From an uncultured Gammaproteobacteria bacterium (GTDB lineage Bacteria > Pseudomonadota > Gammaproteobacteria > UBA9214): a stretch of 64,000 nucleotides of DNA. The stretch covers positions 32,001-96,000 of the forward strand of contig CAWHCQ010000016.1 in assembly GCA_963827755.1 (NCBI GenBank), read 5' to 3'. The notes beneath the pieces are model-generated. The model did no database searches. It was not told where the DNA came from and was given only the letters and a program-made list of their open reading frames with translations. The translations under genes and the position numbers were made by a program. This document shows, piece by piece, positions 29,744 through 40,390 of the stretch (positions are counted from its first letter, which is position 1; the number at the start of each line of letters is the position of its first letter).

Positions 29744-30490
29744 ATGAATATTCTGCTCAGTAACGATGATGGCTACCAGGCCAGTGGCTTGCAGGCGCTG
29801 GCTACCGCGATGGCCGATATGGCCACCATTCACGTGGTGGCACCGGAGCGCGACCGCAGTGGCGCCAGTAACTCACTGACCCTGGATAACCCGTTACGGG
29901 CACATGTGGGAAGTAACGGTTTTACCTTTGTCGATGGCACGCCCACGGATTGTGTCCACCTGGCCATTACCGGTCTGCTTGAAAAGGAGCCGGATATGGT
30001 CGTGGCCGGTATCAATGCCGGTGCCAATATGGGTGATGATGTGTTGTATTCGGGCACGGTTGCCGCCGCCATGGAAGGGCGTTTCCTGGGCTTTCCGGCG
30101 ATTGCCGTTTCCCTCGCCTACAGTGGCAGGCCGACGCATTATGTGTCCGCTGCCCGGGTTGCAGTAGACCTGGTCAAGCGGGTCATGGCCGGTGCATTGC
30201 CGGCAGATACCATTTTGAACGTCAATGTACCGGACCTGCCGTGGGAACAGATAAAGGGTATCCAGGCAACGCGACTCGGTCACCGTCACAAGTCGGAACC
30301 GGTCATAAAGGAAGAGGACCCGCGCGGACGCACCGTCTACTGGGTCGGGCCGGCGGGTCTGGAAGAGGATGCCGGGCCGGGTACGGACTTTCATGCAGTA
30401 CGTGCCGGCTTTGTTTCGGTGACCCCGCTGGATGTCGACCTGACGCGTTATGATGCGCTTGATGGCCTTGCCGGCTGGCTGGTCGAGTAG
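29744..30490 (+). CDS. surE: 5'/3'-nucleotidase SurE
   Basis: [21 protein letters not shown]. Confidence 0.97.
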   Translation: MNILLSNDDGYQASGLQALATAMADMATIHVVAPERDRSGASNSLTLDNPLRAHVGSNGFTFVDGTPTDCVHLAITGLLEKEPDMVVAGINAGANMGDDVLYSGTVAAAMEGRFLGFPAIAVSLAYSGRPTHYVSAARVAVDLVKRVMAGALPADTILNVNVPDLPWEQIKGIQATRLGHRHKSEPVIKEEDPRGRTVYWVGPAGLEEDAGPGTDFHAVRAGFVSVTPLDVDLTRYDALDGLAGWLVE

Positions 30491-30504
30491 CCTGGAAGCC
30501 TGAC

Positions 30505-31164
30505 ATGAATACACACAACCGTGGCATCGGCATGACTTCTCAGCGCACGCGTGACCGCCTGGTGCAGCGTCTGCGCGATGAAGGCATTCAAAACGAGGCG
30601 GTGCTTGATGTTATTCGCAACATGCCCCGTCATCTGTTCGTCGACGAAGCGCTGGCCAGTCGTGCCTATGAAGATACTGCCTTGCCGATTGGTTATAACC
30701 AGACGATTTCACAACCCTACATTGTCGCGGTAATGACAGACCTGATTATCGGTAATCATCCGAAAAAAGTGCTGGAGATCGGTACCGGCTCCGGTTACCA
30801 GGCGGCTGTGCTGGCGCCACTGGTCGAGAAAATCTATACCGTTGAGCGGATCGCGCCGCTGGCGAAACAGGCGCGTCAGCGGTTTCGCCAGCTGGGAATC
30901 AGGAATGTGCGCGCCAGCTACTCGGACGGCACGGAAGGCCTGCCGGAATTCGCACCCTATGATGCCATTATCACCACTGCGGCTTCAAAACAGATTCCGC
31001 CAGCCTTGCTGGAGCAGTTGTCGGAACAGGGCGGGCGACTGATCATTCCGCTGGGCGGGTCGGGGATGCAGACATTGACGCTGGTGACACGCAGGGGAGA
31101 CAACTATGAACAGGAAGATCTCGATCCGGTTGTCTTCGTTCCCCTGCTGAGCGGCCAGGCCTGA
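30505..31164 (+). CDS. pcm: Protein-L-isoaspartate O-methyltransferase
   Basis: [23 protein letters not shown]. Confidence 0.96.
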   Translation: MNTHNRGIGMTSQRTRDRLVQRLRDEGIQNEAVLDVIRNMPRHLFVDEALASRAYEDTALPIGYNQTISQPYIVAVMTDLIIGNHPKKVLEIGTGSGYQAAVLAPLVEKIYTVERIAPLAKQARQRFRQLGIRNVRASYSDGTEGLPEFAPYDAIITTAASKQIPPALLEQLSEQGGRLIIPLGGSGMQTLTLVTRRGDNYEQEDLDPVVFVPLLSGQA

Positions 31165-31169
31165 TCAGG

Positions 31170-31742
31170 ATGTTCACCCGTCTGTATGACAAGTGCATGG
31201 CATGGGCGCGTCACCGCCATGCGCTCTGGTACCTGTCCGCCCTGAGTTTCGCCGAATCCTCTTTTTTCCCGGTCCCCCCGGATGTCATGCTGGCACCCAT
31301 GAGCATGGCAAGGCCGGACCGCGCCATGCGTTACGCGGCCCTGACGACGCTTGCATCTGTCATCGGCGGGCTATTTGGTTATTTTATCGGCGTGTTTGCC
31401 TTTGAAGCGATCGAGCCCTGGTTGCGAACGACCGCTTACTGGGAAAAATATTTACTTGCCAGCAGCTGGTTCGAGGCATGGGGTTTCTGGGCGATACTGG
31501 TTGCCGGCTTCTCGCCGATCCCCTACAAGGTCTTCACCATCGCGGCCGGCTCGCTGCTGATGAATCTTCCCCTGTTTGTTCTCGGCTCTATCGCAGGTCG
31601 GGGCGGGCGTTTTTTCCTGGTGGCCGGTTTGCTTGCATGGGGCGGACCGGCCATGGAGAAAAACCTCCGCCGCTACGTTGAACGTATCGGCTGGCTTGTG
31701 GTAATTTTTGCCGTATTGGCCTTTCTGTATTTTCGCCATTGA
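31170..31742 (+). CDS. yqaA: YqaA/DedA family membrane protein
   Basis: SFAESSFFPVPPD, FSPIPYKVFTI; between pcm and nlpD. Confidence 0.88.
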   Translation: MFTRLYDKCMAWARHRHALWYLSALSFAESSFFPVPPDVMLAPMSMARPDRAMRYAALTTLASVIGGLFGYFIGVFAFEAIEPWLRTTAYWEKYLLASSWFEAWGFWAILVAGFSPIPYKVFTIAAGSLLMNLPLFVLGSIAGRGGRFFLVAGLLAWGGPAMEKNLRRYVERIGWLVVIFAVLAFLYFRH

Positions 31743-32602
31743 TGTCAAGCAGCAAACTATTTCTCACGGCCTGTATACTGTCCCTGCTGGTGGCGGCATG
31801 CAGCAGCCATTCGATTCGCGCCCCGGTTTCCTCGCGCAGTCATGATGAACCGGCGCGCCCGACTGCAGCTGCAACAACCAGCCCGCTACGCAACGTACGC
31901 AAATATCTCGCGGGCACAGACGGCATTTATGTGGTGAAGCCCGGCGACACGCTTTCCTCGATTGCCCGGCGACATGGCACGGGATACAAGCAGCTTGCAA
32001 GCATCAACGGAATACCTCTTCCCTATAACATTCGTGTCGGGCAGCGTCTCAGGCTCACACCCGGGGCCGGCACCGAGGTTGTTGTCCCGCCTTTGCCGGC
32101 GGCCGGGAAAGTGACACCCGGGACGGCTACCGCGAAGGCAGGGACAAAGACAAAGACAAAGACAAAGACAAAGACAAAGACGGTGGAGCAGCCTGTGCCT
32201 GCCAAAACCGGCAAGGTGATCGAGTTCGACGGTAAATGGCAATGGCCGACTCGCGGTCGCCTGTTGCGTGGTCACAGGCCGAATGAGCCCGGCAAGAAGG
32301 GTATTTACATCGGTGGACACAATGGCCAGCCGGTAAAGGCCGCTGCCGGCGGGAAAGTAGTCTATGTCGGGAGTGGACTTGTAGGCTATGGCAGGCTTAT
32401 TATCATCAGTCACAATGAAAGTTTGCTGAGTACCTACGGGCACAATAGCGAATTGCTGGTTGCCGAAGGTGAATACGTCAAGGCAGGTCAGGTGATTGCG
32501 AAGATGGGCAGTAGCAGTATCGGTCGCAACGAACTGTATTTCGAAATTCGTAAAGACGGAAAGCCGGTCAATCCGTCGGACTATCTGCCAGAAAAACACT
32601 GA
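31742..32602 (+). CDS. nlpD: LysM/M23 lipoprotein NlpD
   Basis: Lipobox VAAC, LysM (YVVKPGDTL), M23-like domain (WQWPTRG..YFEIR); upstream of rpoS. Confidence 0.9.
   Translation: MSSSKLFLTACILSLLVAACSSHSIRAPVSSRSHDEPARPTAAATTSPLRNVRKYLAGTDGIYVVKPGDTLSSIARRHGTGYKQLASINGIPLPYNIRVGQRLRLTPGAGTEVVVPPLPAAGKVTPGTATAKAGTKTKTKTKTKTKTVEQPVPAKTGKVIEFDGKWQWPTRGRLLRGHRPNEPGKKGIYIGGHNGQPVKAAAGGKVVYVGSGLVGYGRLIIISHNESLLSTYGHNSELLVAEGEYVKAGQVIAKMGSSSIGRNELYFEIRKDGKPVNPSDYLPEKH
32144..32181 (+). repeat. In-frame hexamer tandem repeat (ACAAAG)x6 in the nlpD linker
   Basis: Six perfect copies encoding TKTKTKTKTKTK. Confidence 0.9.
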
Positions 32603-32677
32603 CCCGGGCTGCACCGGCCACGTAAAGGAGGCCATGCGCGCATGGCCGGGTACTGGATGTGACAGCTGAGGAAGCCA

Positions 32678-33664
32678 GTGGTGAAACGCAAGGGTTCCGG
32701 GAAAGAGAATAAAAAAGGCCAGACTGCCGCTGTCGACGAGGCACCAGGCCAGCAGCCGCTCAGGCGTGAAAAGCCGGTCTCGCGGTCAGATGAAGTAGCC
32801 AAAAAGACCAGGTCCCTGGACAGATCCCCGGAAAGTCACGATTCCACCCGGCTCTATCTCAACGAAATCGGCGCCTCCCCCCTGCTCACGGCAGAGGAGG
32901 AGGTCATGTACTCGCGCCAGGCACAGGCCGGCGATGAAGAATCGCGCAAGCACATGATCGAGAGCAACCTGCGCCTGGTTGTCAAGATTGCGCGCCGATA
33001 CATGAACCGGGGCCTCGCGTTTCTTGACCTGATTGAGGAGGGCAATCTCGGGCTGATTCGCGCGGTTGAGAAATTCGATCCTGAGCGGGGTTTTCGTTTC
33101 TCGACCTATGCGACCTGGTGGATACGTCAAACCATAGAACGTGCCATCATGAACCAGTCGCGCACCATCCGTTTGCCGATCCACGTGGTCAAGGAAATCA
33201 ATACCTACCTGCGCGCCGCGCGCAGCCTTGCCCAGGAGCTCGATCATGAACCCAGTGCGGAAGAAATCGCCACCCTGCTGAACAAGCCGATTGAGGATGT
33301 CGAGCGCATGCTCGGCCTGAATGAGCGCACGACTTCAACAGACAGCAATATTTCGGGAGACTCCAGCACAACCCTGCTGGAAACCATCGCCGATGAAAGT
33401 GCCCGGGACCCTTCGGAAAGCCTGCAGGAGGAGGCGGTCCACAGCAACCTCGAAGAGTGTTTGTCACAGTTAACTGACAAGCAGCGTGCCGTCGTCGAAC
33501 GCCGCTTTGGCCTGCATGGTTACAGCCCTTCCACCCTCGAGGAGGTTGGCCTGGAGATCGGCGTCACCCGTGAACGCGTTCGCCAGATTCAGATGGATGC
33601 GCTGAAAAAACTGAAACGTATTCTGGAGCAGGAGGGGTTCTCGGTAGAGGCGCTGCTTAAATGA
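32678..33664 (+). CDS. rpoS: RNA polymerase sigma factor RpoS
   Basis: [41 protein letters not shown]; follows nlpD. Confidence 0.95.
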   Translation: MVKRKGSGKENKKGQTAAVDEAPGQQPLRREKPVSRSDEVAKKTRSLDRSPESHDSTRLYLNEIGASPLLTAEEEVMYSRQAQAGDEESRKHMIESNLRLVVKIARRYMNRGLAFLDLIEEGNLGLIRAVEKFDPERGFRFSTYATWWIRQTIERAIMNQSRTIRLPIHVVKEINTYLRAARSLAQELDHEPSAEEIATLLNKPIEDVERMLGLNERTTSTDSNISGDSSTTLLETIADESARDPSESLQEEAVHSNLEECLSQLTDKQRAVVERRFGLHGYSPSTLEEVGLEIGVTRERVRQIQMDALKKLKRILEQEGFSVEALLK

Positions 33665-33670
33665 GTTAAT

Positions 33671-33779
33671 AAGTGAGAAGTGAGAAGTGAGAAGTGAGAA
33701 GTGAGAAGTGAGAAGTGAGAAGTGAGAAGTGAGAAGTGAGAGGTGAGAAGTGAGAAGTGAGAAGTGAGAAGTGAGAAGT
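33671..33779 (+). repeat. Intergenic heptamer tandem array (AAGTGAG)x15
   Basis: 15 full units (unit 11 is AGGTGAG) plus a partial unit, starting 6 bp after the rpoS stop. Confidence 0.95.
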
Positions 33780-33928
33780 AGTGTTGAAATTCGGGCTGGC
33801 CCGGTAATTTCTGCCAAAAATCAGGCTCCAGTTGACCAGCGTCATAAACCAGTCCACGCATTACCCTCGATAATTCCCGTACACGTAGTCAATTTTGGCA
33901 ACCATCTTGTAACTGCCGGGCATACCAG

Positions 33929-36701
33929 GTGACTTCAGCGTACTCTGACAAAAACAGGCTCGTACCCGTTGTGAATGCACGTCTCGGGCGTCTGCTGGGC
34001 GTTGTCATACTGCTGTTTTCGCTGCTGCTGCTCAACTCGGTGTACCTGGCCGCCATTTCCCTGCTGGAACAGCTGAGCGGGGCAGGCTACCAGAACTATT
34101 TTTACCTGCTGATGTTCCTGCTGCACCTGGCGCTGGGTCTGTTGATTATCCTGCCGTTGCTGGTGTTTGCCGTGGCGCACATGCGGCGTGCCTGGCGCCG
34201 TCCCAACCGCTATGCCGTCAGGGCGGGCATGGGGCTGTTTCTGACGGCGCTGGTGTTGCTGATTTCCGGGCTGTTGCTGACGCGCTTCGAATTTTTCGAG
34301 ATCAACGATCCACAGGTGCGGCGCATCGGTTACTGGCTGCACGTCGTCAGCCCGTTGCTGGTTATCTGGCTGTTTGTCCTGCATCGCCTGGCAGGCCCGC
34401 CGATCCGCTGGAAGACGGGGTTGCGCTGGTCGCTTGCCGCCATCGGGACTGACTGCCGTCATGGTCGTGCTGCAGGCGGGTGTCCAGGGCGACAGCGACG
34501 GTGAGATAACAGTCGAATTTCCGCCCTCGCTGGCAGTCGTGCGGGGCGGCGAGGCGATCCCGCCGGAACACCTGATGACGGATGATGCCTGTGCAAGCTG
34601 CCACCCGGACATAATGAAGACTCACGAACAGAGCATGCATCGTTTCAGTTCCTTCAATAACCCGGTCTACAAATTCAGCGTGGAGGAGACACGCAGGGTC
34701 GTGCTGCAACGCGACGGCACGGTACAGGCGTCGCGGTTTTGCGCCGCCTGCCACGACCAGGTTCCCCTGTTCAGCGGCCAGTTCGACGACCCGGATTACG
34801 ACACCGAAGGCAACCCGACAGCCGGGGCCGGTATCACCTGCATGACCTGTCACGCGATGACCCGCATCAACGGTGTGCACGGCAACGGTGATTACACCAT
34901 TGCGGATCCGCCGCGCTATCCTTTTGCCTTCAGCGAGTCGCCGCTGCTGCGCAGCATCAACGAACAGCTCATCAAGGCGAAACCGGCATTCCACAAGCAA
35001 ACCCTGCTGAAACCGTTTCACCGCACGGCCGGGTTCTGTTCTGTCTGCCACAAGGCGAACCTGCCGGTCGAGCTCAATCATTACCGCTGGCTGCGCGGCC
35101 AGAATCATTACGACAGCTTCCTGCAAAGCGGCATATCCGGGCACCGGGTCGACAGCTTCTACTACCCGCCGAAGGCCGTCTCGCGTTGCAGCGAATGTCA
35201 CATGCCGTTGACGCCCTCGGATGACCCGGCCGCGCGCGATTTCAACGCCAGCGGCCAGCGCAGCGTGCACAACCACCAGTTTCCGGCCGCCAATACCGGC
35301 ATCGCACAGCTGCTGGAGCTGCCTGACTGGGTGATGCAGGCGCAGCAGCAGCGTCTCGACGATGTCACCCGGGTCGATATTTTTGCGCTCCGGGATGACG
35401 GTCGCATCGATGCCGATCTGCATGCCCCCTTGCGTCCATCACTTCCCGAACTGGTCCCCGGGAATCGTTACCTGCTCGAGGTTGTCATCCGCACCACCGG
35501 GGTCGGGCATCACCTGACGCAGGGCACTGCTGATTCCAACGAGCTGTGGCTGGACGTGACCGCCATGGCTGGCGGCAAGCTCATCGGCCGCAGCGGCAGC
35601 CTGGACGGGCAGGGTAGCGTCGACCCCTGGTCGTACTTCGTCAACGCCTATGTACTGGATGCGCAGGGCAGGCGCATTGACCGGCGCAATGCCCAGGACA
35701 TCTTCGTCGCGCTCTACGACCACCAGATTCCGCCGGGTGCCGCGACGGTCGTGCATTACCTGCTGGAGATACCGGGCGACGCGCAGGGGCCGGTCACCAT
35801 CGAGGCGCACTTGAACTACCGCAAGTTCGATACAGCCTACCTGCGCCACCTGCAGGGCGACCGCTTTATCCGCAATGATCTGCCGGTCACGGTGATGGCC
35901 TCGGACCGCGTGCAGTTGCCGCTGCGTGGCGAGCACGCCCGGCTCGATGCGCAAGCTGTCCCGGACATTCGGCCTGCAGAGCGCTGGAACGACTATGGCA
36001 TCGGGCTGCTGCGTGAAGGCAACAGCGGCTCCGGCAAGGGCGAACTGCGCCAGGCCGAACAGGCCTTTAAACAGGCAGAGGCACTCGGTGAAGCCAGCGG
36101 TGCCGTGAATCTTGCCCGTGTGTACTTCAAGGAAGGACAGCTGGAACAGGCCTCGGTCGCATTACGGCGTGCCAGCGAAAACCAGGCGCCGGCGTGGACC
36201 ATTGCCTGGTTCAGTGCGCTCATCGACCGGGAGAACGGCCACCTGGAGACGGCCAGTGAGACACTTGAAGCCATCGTCGGTAACCGCTTCGCAGAGGCAC
36301 GCCGGCGCGGCTTCGACTTTTCCCGGGATGTCAGGGTGCTGAATGAACTCGGCCGCACCCTCGCCGAGCGTAGCCGGCAGCAGCGCGGCAGCCGGCAGCG
36401 CGAACTGCTCGAACAGGCGCTGACATGGTTTGAGAAGACACTGCAGACAGACCCGGAAAACCTGGCCGCACATTATAATCTTGCCCTGATCCATGCACAG
36501 CTCGGTAACACCGGCAAGGCCGGGCAGTACCGGGCATTGCATGAAAAATACCGCCCGGACGATCATGCCGTCGAGCAGGCCGTCAGCGTGCACCGTCGCG
36601 AGAATGCGGCGGCCGATTACGCCGCCGCGGCCATTGTCATCCACGACCTGGGGCGGCAGGTCAATGCAGAGACCAGCCGGCTGGCGCAGATGCAGAAGTA
36701 A
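33929..36701 (+). CDS. Membrane cytochrome-b-like / pentaheme cytochrome c / TPR fusion protein (apparent 1-bp frameshift near 34446)
   Basis: About five TM helices with paired His; CASCH, CAACH, CMTCH, CSVCH and CSECH motifs; C-terminal TPR-like helices; removing one G from ATCGGGA joins the two ORFs. Confidence 0.82.
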
Positions 36702-36777
36702 CTGACTTACATCAATTCGACACCCCTGTGCAGGTCTGTAGAATCAATGCAACGTTTGCACAACCCGGCAGTTATTT

Positions 36778-38613
36778 ATGACAGGAGTTCCCGACACTGA
36801 CTCGACACGGGCCGGCGAGGCCATCATTCGCCGCTGGTTTCTGCGCTCGCTGGCCGTCATCCTGGTGCTTGGCCTTGTCGCCGCCGGCATCGGCTGGTAT
36901 CTGAACCGCGAGACCTCTCCCGATGTCATTATTGAAGAGGCCGTCGTGGCCGGCCCGGTGATCGAGGAGATGGCGCCGATGCAAGCACCCCCGCACGTGG
37001 TCTTCAGGGACATCACCGCGGCCGCCGGAATCGATTTTGTGCATACCAACGGCGCCTACGGTGACAAGCTCATGCCGGAGGGTATCGGTAGCGGGGCCGC
37101 ATTTTTCGATTACGACAATGATGCTGACCAGGACCTGCTGCTGGTGAATTCCAGCTGGTTTCCGGGGCACGAACAGGACACCACGCCGACGCTTGCCCTG
37201 TACCGGAATGACGGCAGCGGGCAGTTCACCGATGTAACCCGGCAGGCCGGGCTGGCGATTGACTGCTACGGCATGGGTGTCGCGGCCGGCGATTTCGACG
37301 CCGATGGCTGGGTCGATCTGTACATCACGGCGCTGGGTGAAAATTACCTGCTCAGAAACGGGCAGGGAAACTTTGTCGATGTGACAAACGCCAGCGGCAC
37401 GGCCGGCAAGGCCTCCGACTGGAGTACGGCGGCCGCCTTCCTGGATTACGACAACGACGGTGACCTCGACCTGTTCGTCGGCAACTACGTCCAGTGGTCG
37501 CGTGACATTGACCTGGAGATCGACTTCCGCCTCACCGGCCTGGGACGCGCAATCGGTGCGCCGAACCATTTCTTCGGCACCACCAACCGGCTCTACCGCA
37601 ATGAAGGTGACGGCCGCTTCAGCGAGGTATCGCAGGCATCCGGCATCATCGTGATCGACCCGAATAACCATGCCCCGGCAGGCAAGGCGCTGGCGGTAGC
37701 CCCGGTGGATTATGACCGCGACGGCTGGCTGGACCTGTTCGTGGCCAACGACACGACCCGCAATTTTCTCTATCACAATCTCGGCGGGGGACGGTTCGAG
37801 GAGATCGGCATGCTCGAGGGCATCGCCTTTGACCGCAACGGCAAGGCGACCGGCGCCATGGGCATCGATGCCGCCTACTTTCGCAACGATGACGATATCG
37901 GCATCGGCATCGGCAATTTCGCCAATGAAATGAGTTCACTGTATGTCACTTCAGCCGGGCAGCCGCCCTTTGTGGACGAGGCGATCCTCGAGGGATTCGG
38001 CCCGGCTTCGCGACTCGCCCTGACCTTCGGACTGTTCTTCTTCGACTATGACCTGGACGGACGGCTCGACCTGTTCCAGGCCAACGGTCACCTGGAAGCC
38101 GACATCAACCTGGTGCAGTCCAGCCAGCGCTATGCGCAGCCCGCACAGCTGTTCTGGAATTGCGGGTCGGCCTGTCGCGGCCGCTTTGTGCCCGTCGCCG
38201 ACATCGGCGATCTTGCCACGCCCATGGTCGGCCGTGGTGCCGCCTACGCGGACATCGATAACGATGGCGACCTTGACATCGTTGTGACCCAGAACGGGCG
38301 CCGTGCCGTTTTGTTTCGCAATGAACAGTCGCTCGGGCATCACTGGCTGCGGGTCCGGCTGGCAGGCAACGGCCCGAATCGAAACGCCATTGGCGCCCTT
38401 GTCGAACTGTCGGTTGACGGCGTCACCCGGCGGCAAGTGGTGATGCCGACGCGCAGCTACCTGTCGCAAACCGAGTTGCCGCTCACCTTCGGGCTGGGCG
38501 CATCCAGCACGGTGGATGAACTGCACATTACCTGGCCCGACGGCCAGCGGCAGTCCGTTGAGGTTCCCCGGGTCGATGTCATGATGACCATCAACCAGGC
38601 CGGCGCCGGCTGA
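36778..38613 (+). CDS. CRTAC1-family FG-GAP repeat protein with C-terminal ASPIC/UnbV domain
   Basis: N-terminal TM anchor; repeated DYDNDGD/DFDADG motifs; HWLRVRLAG..NRNAIGA..SYLSQ..LTFGLG..WPDG. Confidence 0.9.
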   Translation: MTGVPDTDSTRAGEAIIRRWFLRSLAVILVLGLVAAGIGWYLNRETSPDVIIEEAVVAGPVIEEMAPMQAPPHVVFRDITAAAGIDFVHTNGAYGDKLMPEGIGSGAAFFDYDNDADQDLLLVNSSWFPGHEQDTTPTLALYRNDGSGQFTDVTRQAGLAIDCYGMGVAAGDFDADGWVDLYITALGENYLLRNGQGNFVDVTNASGTAGKASDWSTAAAFLDYDNDGDLDLFVGNYVQWSRDIDLEIDFRLTGLGRAIGAPNHFFGTTNRLYRNEGDGRFSEVSQASGIIVIDPNNHAPAGKALAVAPVDYDRDGWLDLFVANDTTRNFLYHNLGGGRFEEIGMLEGIAFDRNGKATGAMGIDAAYFRNDDDIGIGIGNFANEMSSLYVTSAGQPPFVDEAILEGFGPASRLALTFGLFFFDYDLDGRLDLFQANGHLEADINLVQSSQRYAQPAQLFWNCGSACRGRFVPVADIGDLATPMVGRGAAYADIDNDGDLDIVVTQNGRRAVLFRNEQSLGHHWLRVRLAGNGPNRNAIGALVELSVDGVTRRQVVMPTRSYLSQTELPLTFGLGASSTVDELHITWPDGQRQSVEVPRVDVMMTINQAGAG

Positions 38614-38620
38614 TCCCGTC

Positions 38621-40297
38621 ATGGCATTTAATGACAGCATCAAGCTGTTCATACTTGCGGCCAGCCTGCTGGCCGGCCCACCCGCCATCGCCGGCGACCT
38701 GGCATTCGATCTGCCATCGTCCCTGGCTGGCAGCCTGCGGGCCATCAGGGAGGTCGGGCTGGATGACATGGATGCAGAGGCCCGTGAAAGCATTGAACTG
38801 GTACGCCGGCAGCTCAACGCGGCGCTGCAGGAACAACCCGTGCAGCCGGAAAAACTCGCGGCGGCCTATGGTGAACTGGGCGGACTCTACGAGGTCCACT
38901 TCGTCTTCCCGGTCGCCGAGGATTGTTACCACAATGCCATGCAACTGGCCCCGGACAATTTCCGCTGGGCCTACTATGCCGCGCATATTGCAGACGATGA
39001 AGGGCGTACCCGGCAGGCCCTGGAACGCTACCGGCATGCGCGTACACTCAGGCCCGGCTACAAGGCGCTGATGGTGCGGCTTGGCAATGTCCTGCTTGAC
39101 CTCAATGAACTGGACCAGGCACAGGCCACCTTTGAAGAGGTTGTGAATGCCGCCGGGCTGGAAGCGGCATCCCTGTATGGCCTGGGACAGGTTGCTTTTC
39201 TGAAACGTGATTATGAGGCGGCCATTGATGCCTTTACCCGTGCCCTGGTGCACGATCCGTCGGCATCCAGCATCCATTTCCTGCTCGCGCAGGCGCTGCG
39301 GGCAACACAGCGCACTGAGGAGGCGAAGGCGCAGCTGGCACTGCGCGGCGATCAGCAACCCGCGTTCGTGGATCCGCAGATCGAGAGCCTCAAGGCACTC
39401 AAGATTGGTTCGCATTTTCACTTCAAACAGGGCATGAATGCCGCCCGGCAACAGGATTATGCGGCTGCCAGCGAGGCCTTCGCGGAAGGACTGGCGAGGG
39501 AGCCGGACAATGACCGTGCGCGCACCAGTTATGCGCGCGCGCTTTACCTGTCAGGTAACAAGGCCGCCGCCCGCCGTGAGCTGGAAGCGGCGCTTGCCCG
39601 GCAGCCGGAGGACCCGCTCAACCTGTTCCTGCTGGGGATCCTGACGGACGAGGAGGGTGATGCTGCCGCGGCGGCCGGCTGGTATCAGCGCGCCATTCGC
39701 CAGGCGCCGGATCATGCCGGTGCGAATCAATACCTGGCAGATCAGTACTATCGCCAGGGCAACTATGCCCTGGCCGCGGAGTACTATGCCGGCAGTATTC
39801 GGGGAGAGCCGGACAATCTCGCGGCAACCATTCCCTGTATCGGTGCGCTGTTGCAGGGAGGTGCGCCTGCTGCCACGCTGATGGCGGCGCTTGACAATGC
39901 TATCGGGCGTTTTCCACAATACCCCGGCTTTCGGCCCCTGCAAATCATGCTGCTGGCCGGCAGCCGCGATGCAGCCATACACGATCCGCAGGCGGCACTG
40001 AAAAGTGCGCAGCAACTGTATGACGAGTACACGATACCACCGCACGGGGAATTGCTGGCGCTGGCCCTTGCGGCGACGGGCGACTACTCAAAAGCCGTAT
40101 CCATGCAGGAAGAACTGTTGTCCTATGCGCGCCGCGCCATGCCGGCAGAGGCGGAGCGCCTGGCGCAAACCCTTGCGGGTTACTCGGAAAAGACACTGCC
40201 ACCGCTGGGCAAGCTCATCAACTACGACGCCATGCAGCCACCCGCGGTCGATGCGAGCGCAGCGTTTCGCGACTACCCGACACCCCGGCCCTATTGA
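38621..40297 (+). CDS. Exported tetratricopeptide repeat protein
   Basis: Signal peptide ending AIA, followed by many Ala-rich TPR-like helices. Confidence 0.85.
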   Translation: MAFNDSIKLFILAASLLAGPPAIAGDLAFDLPSSLAGSLRAIREVGLDDMDAEARESIELVRRQLNAALQEQPVQPEKLAAAYGELGGLYEVHFVFPVAEDCYHNAMQLAPDNFRWAYYAAHIADDEGRTRQALERYRHARTLRPGYKALMVRLGNVLLDLNELDQAQATFEEVVNAAGLEAASLYGLGQVAFLKRDYEAAIDAFTRALVHDPSASSIHFLLAQALRATQRTEEAKAQLALRGDQQPAFVDPQIESLKALKIGSHFHFKQGMNAARQQDYAAASEAFAEGLAREPDNDRARTSYARALYLSGNKAAARRELEAALARQPEDPLNLFLLGILTDEEGDAAAAAGWYQRAIRQAPDHAGANQYLADQYYRQGNYALAAEYYAGSIRGEPDNLAATIPCIGALLQGGAPAATLMAALDNAIGRFPQYPGFRPLQIMLLAGSRDAAIHDPQAALKSAQQLYDEYTIPPHGELLALALAATGDYSKAVSMQEELLSYARRAMPAEAERLAQTLAGYSEKTLPPLGKLINYDAMQPPAVDASAAFRDYPTPRPY

Positions 40298-40301
40298 ACA
40301 T

Positions 40302-40331
40302 AAAAAAGGCGCATCCGAAGATGCGCCCTTT
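40302..40331 (-). terminator. Intrinsic terminator, probably bidirectional
   Basis: Minus strand GGCGCATC-TTCG-GATGCGCC-TTTTTT (8-bp stem, cUUCGg loop) between the convergent TPR and sgp genes. Confidence 0.85.
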
Positions 40332-40390
40332 CACTGCGCGAGTACCGGTCCAGTCCCCGGTATCCGGACTGAACCGATAGCTTTTTTCGA

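Noticed and set aside
33671-33779. Heptamer array or the 147-bp repeats at 44843-45790 as a CRISPR array
   Set aside because: No repeat-unique spacer structure and no cas genes; the longer repeats are in-frame protein repeats
33470-33861. Minus-strand ORFs with LLTSHFS repeats
   Set aside because: Translations of the heptamer array in all three frames, partly overlapping rpoS; no evidence of coding
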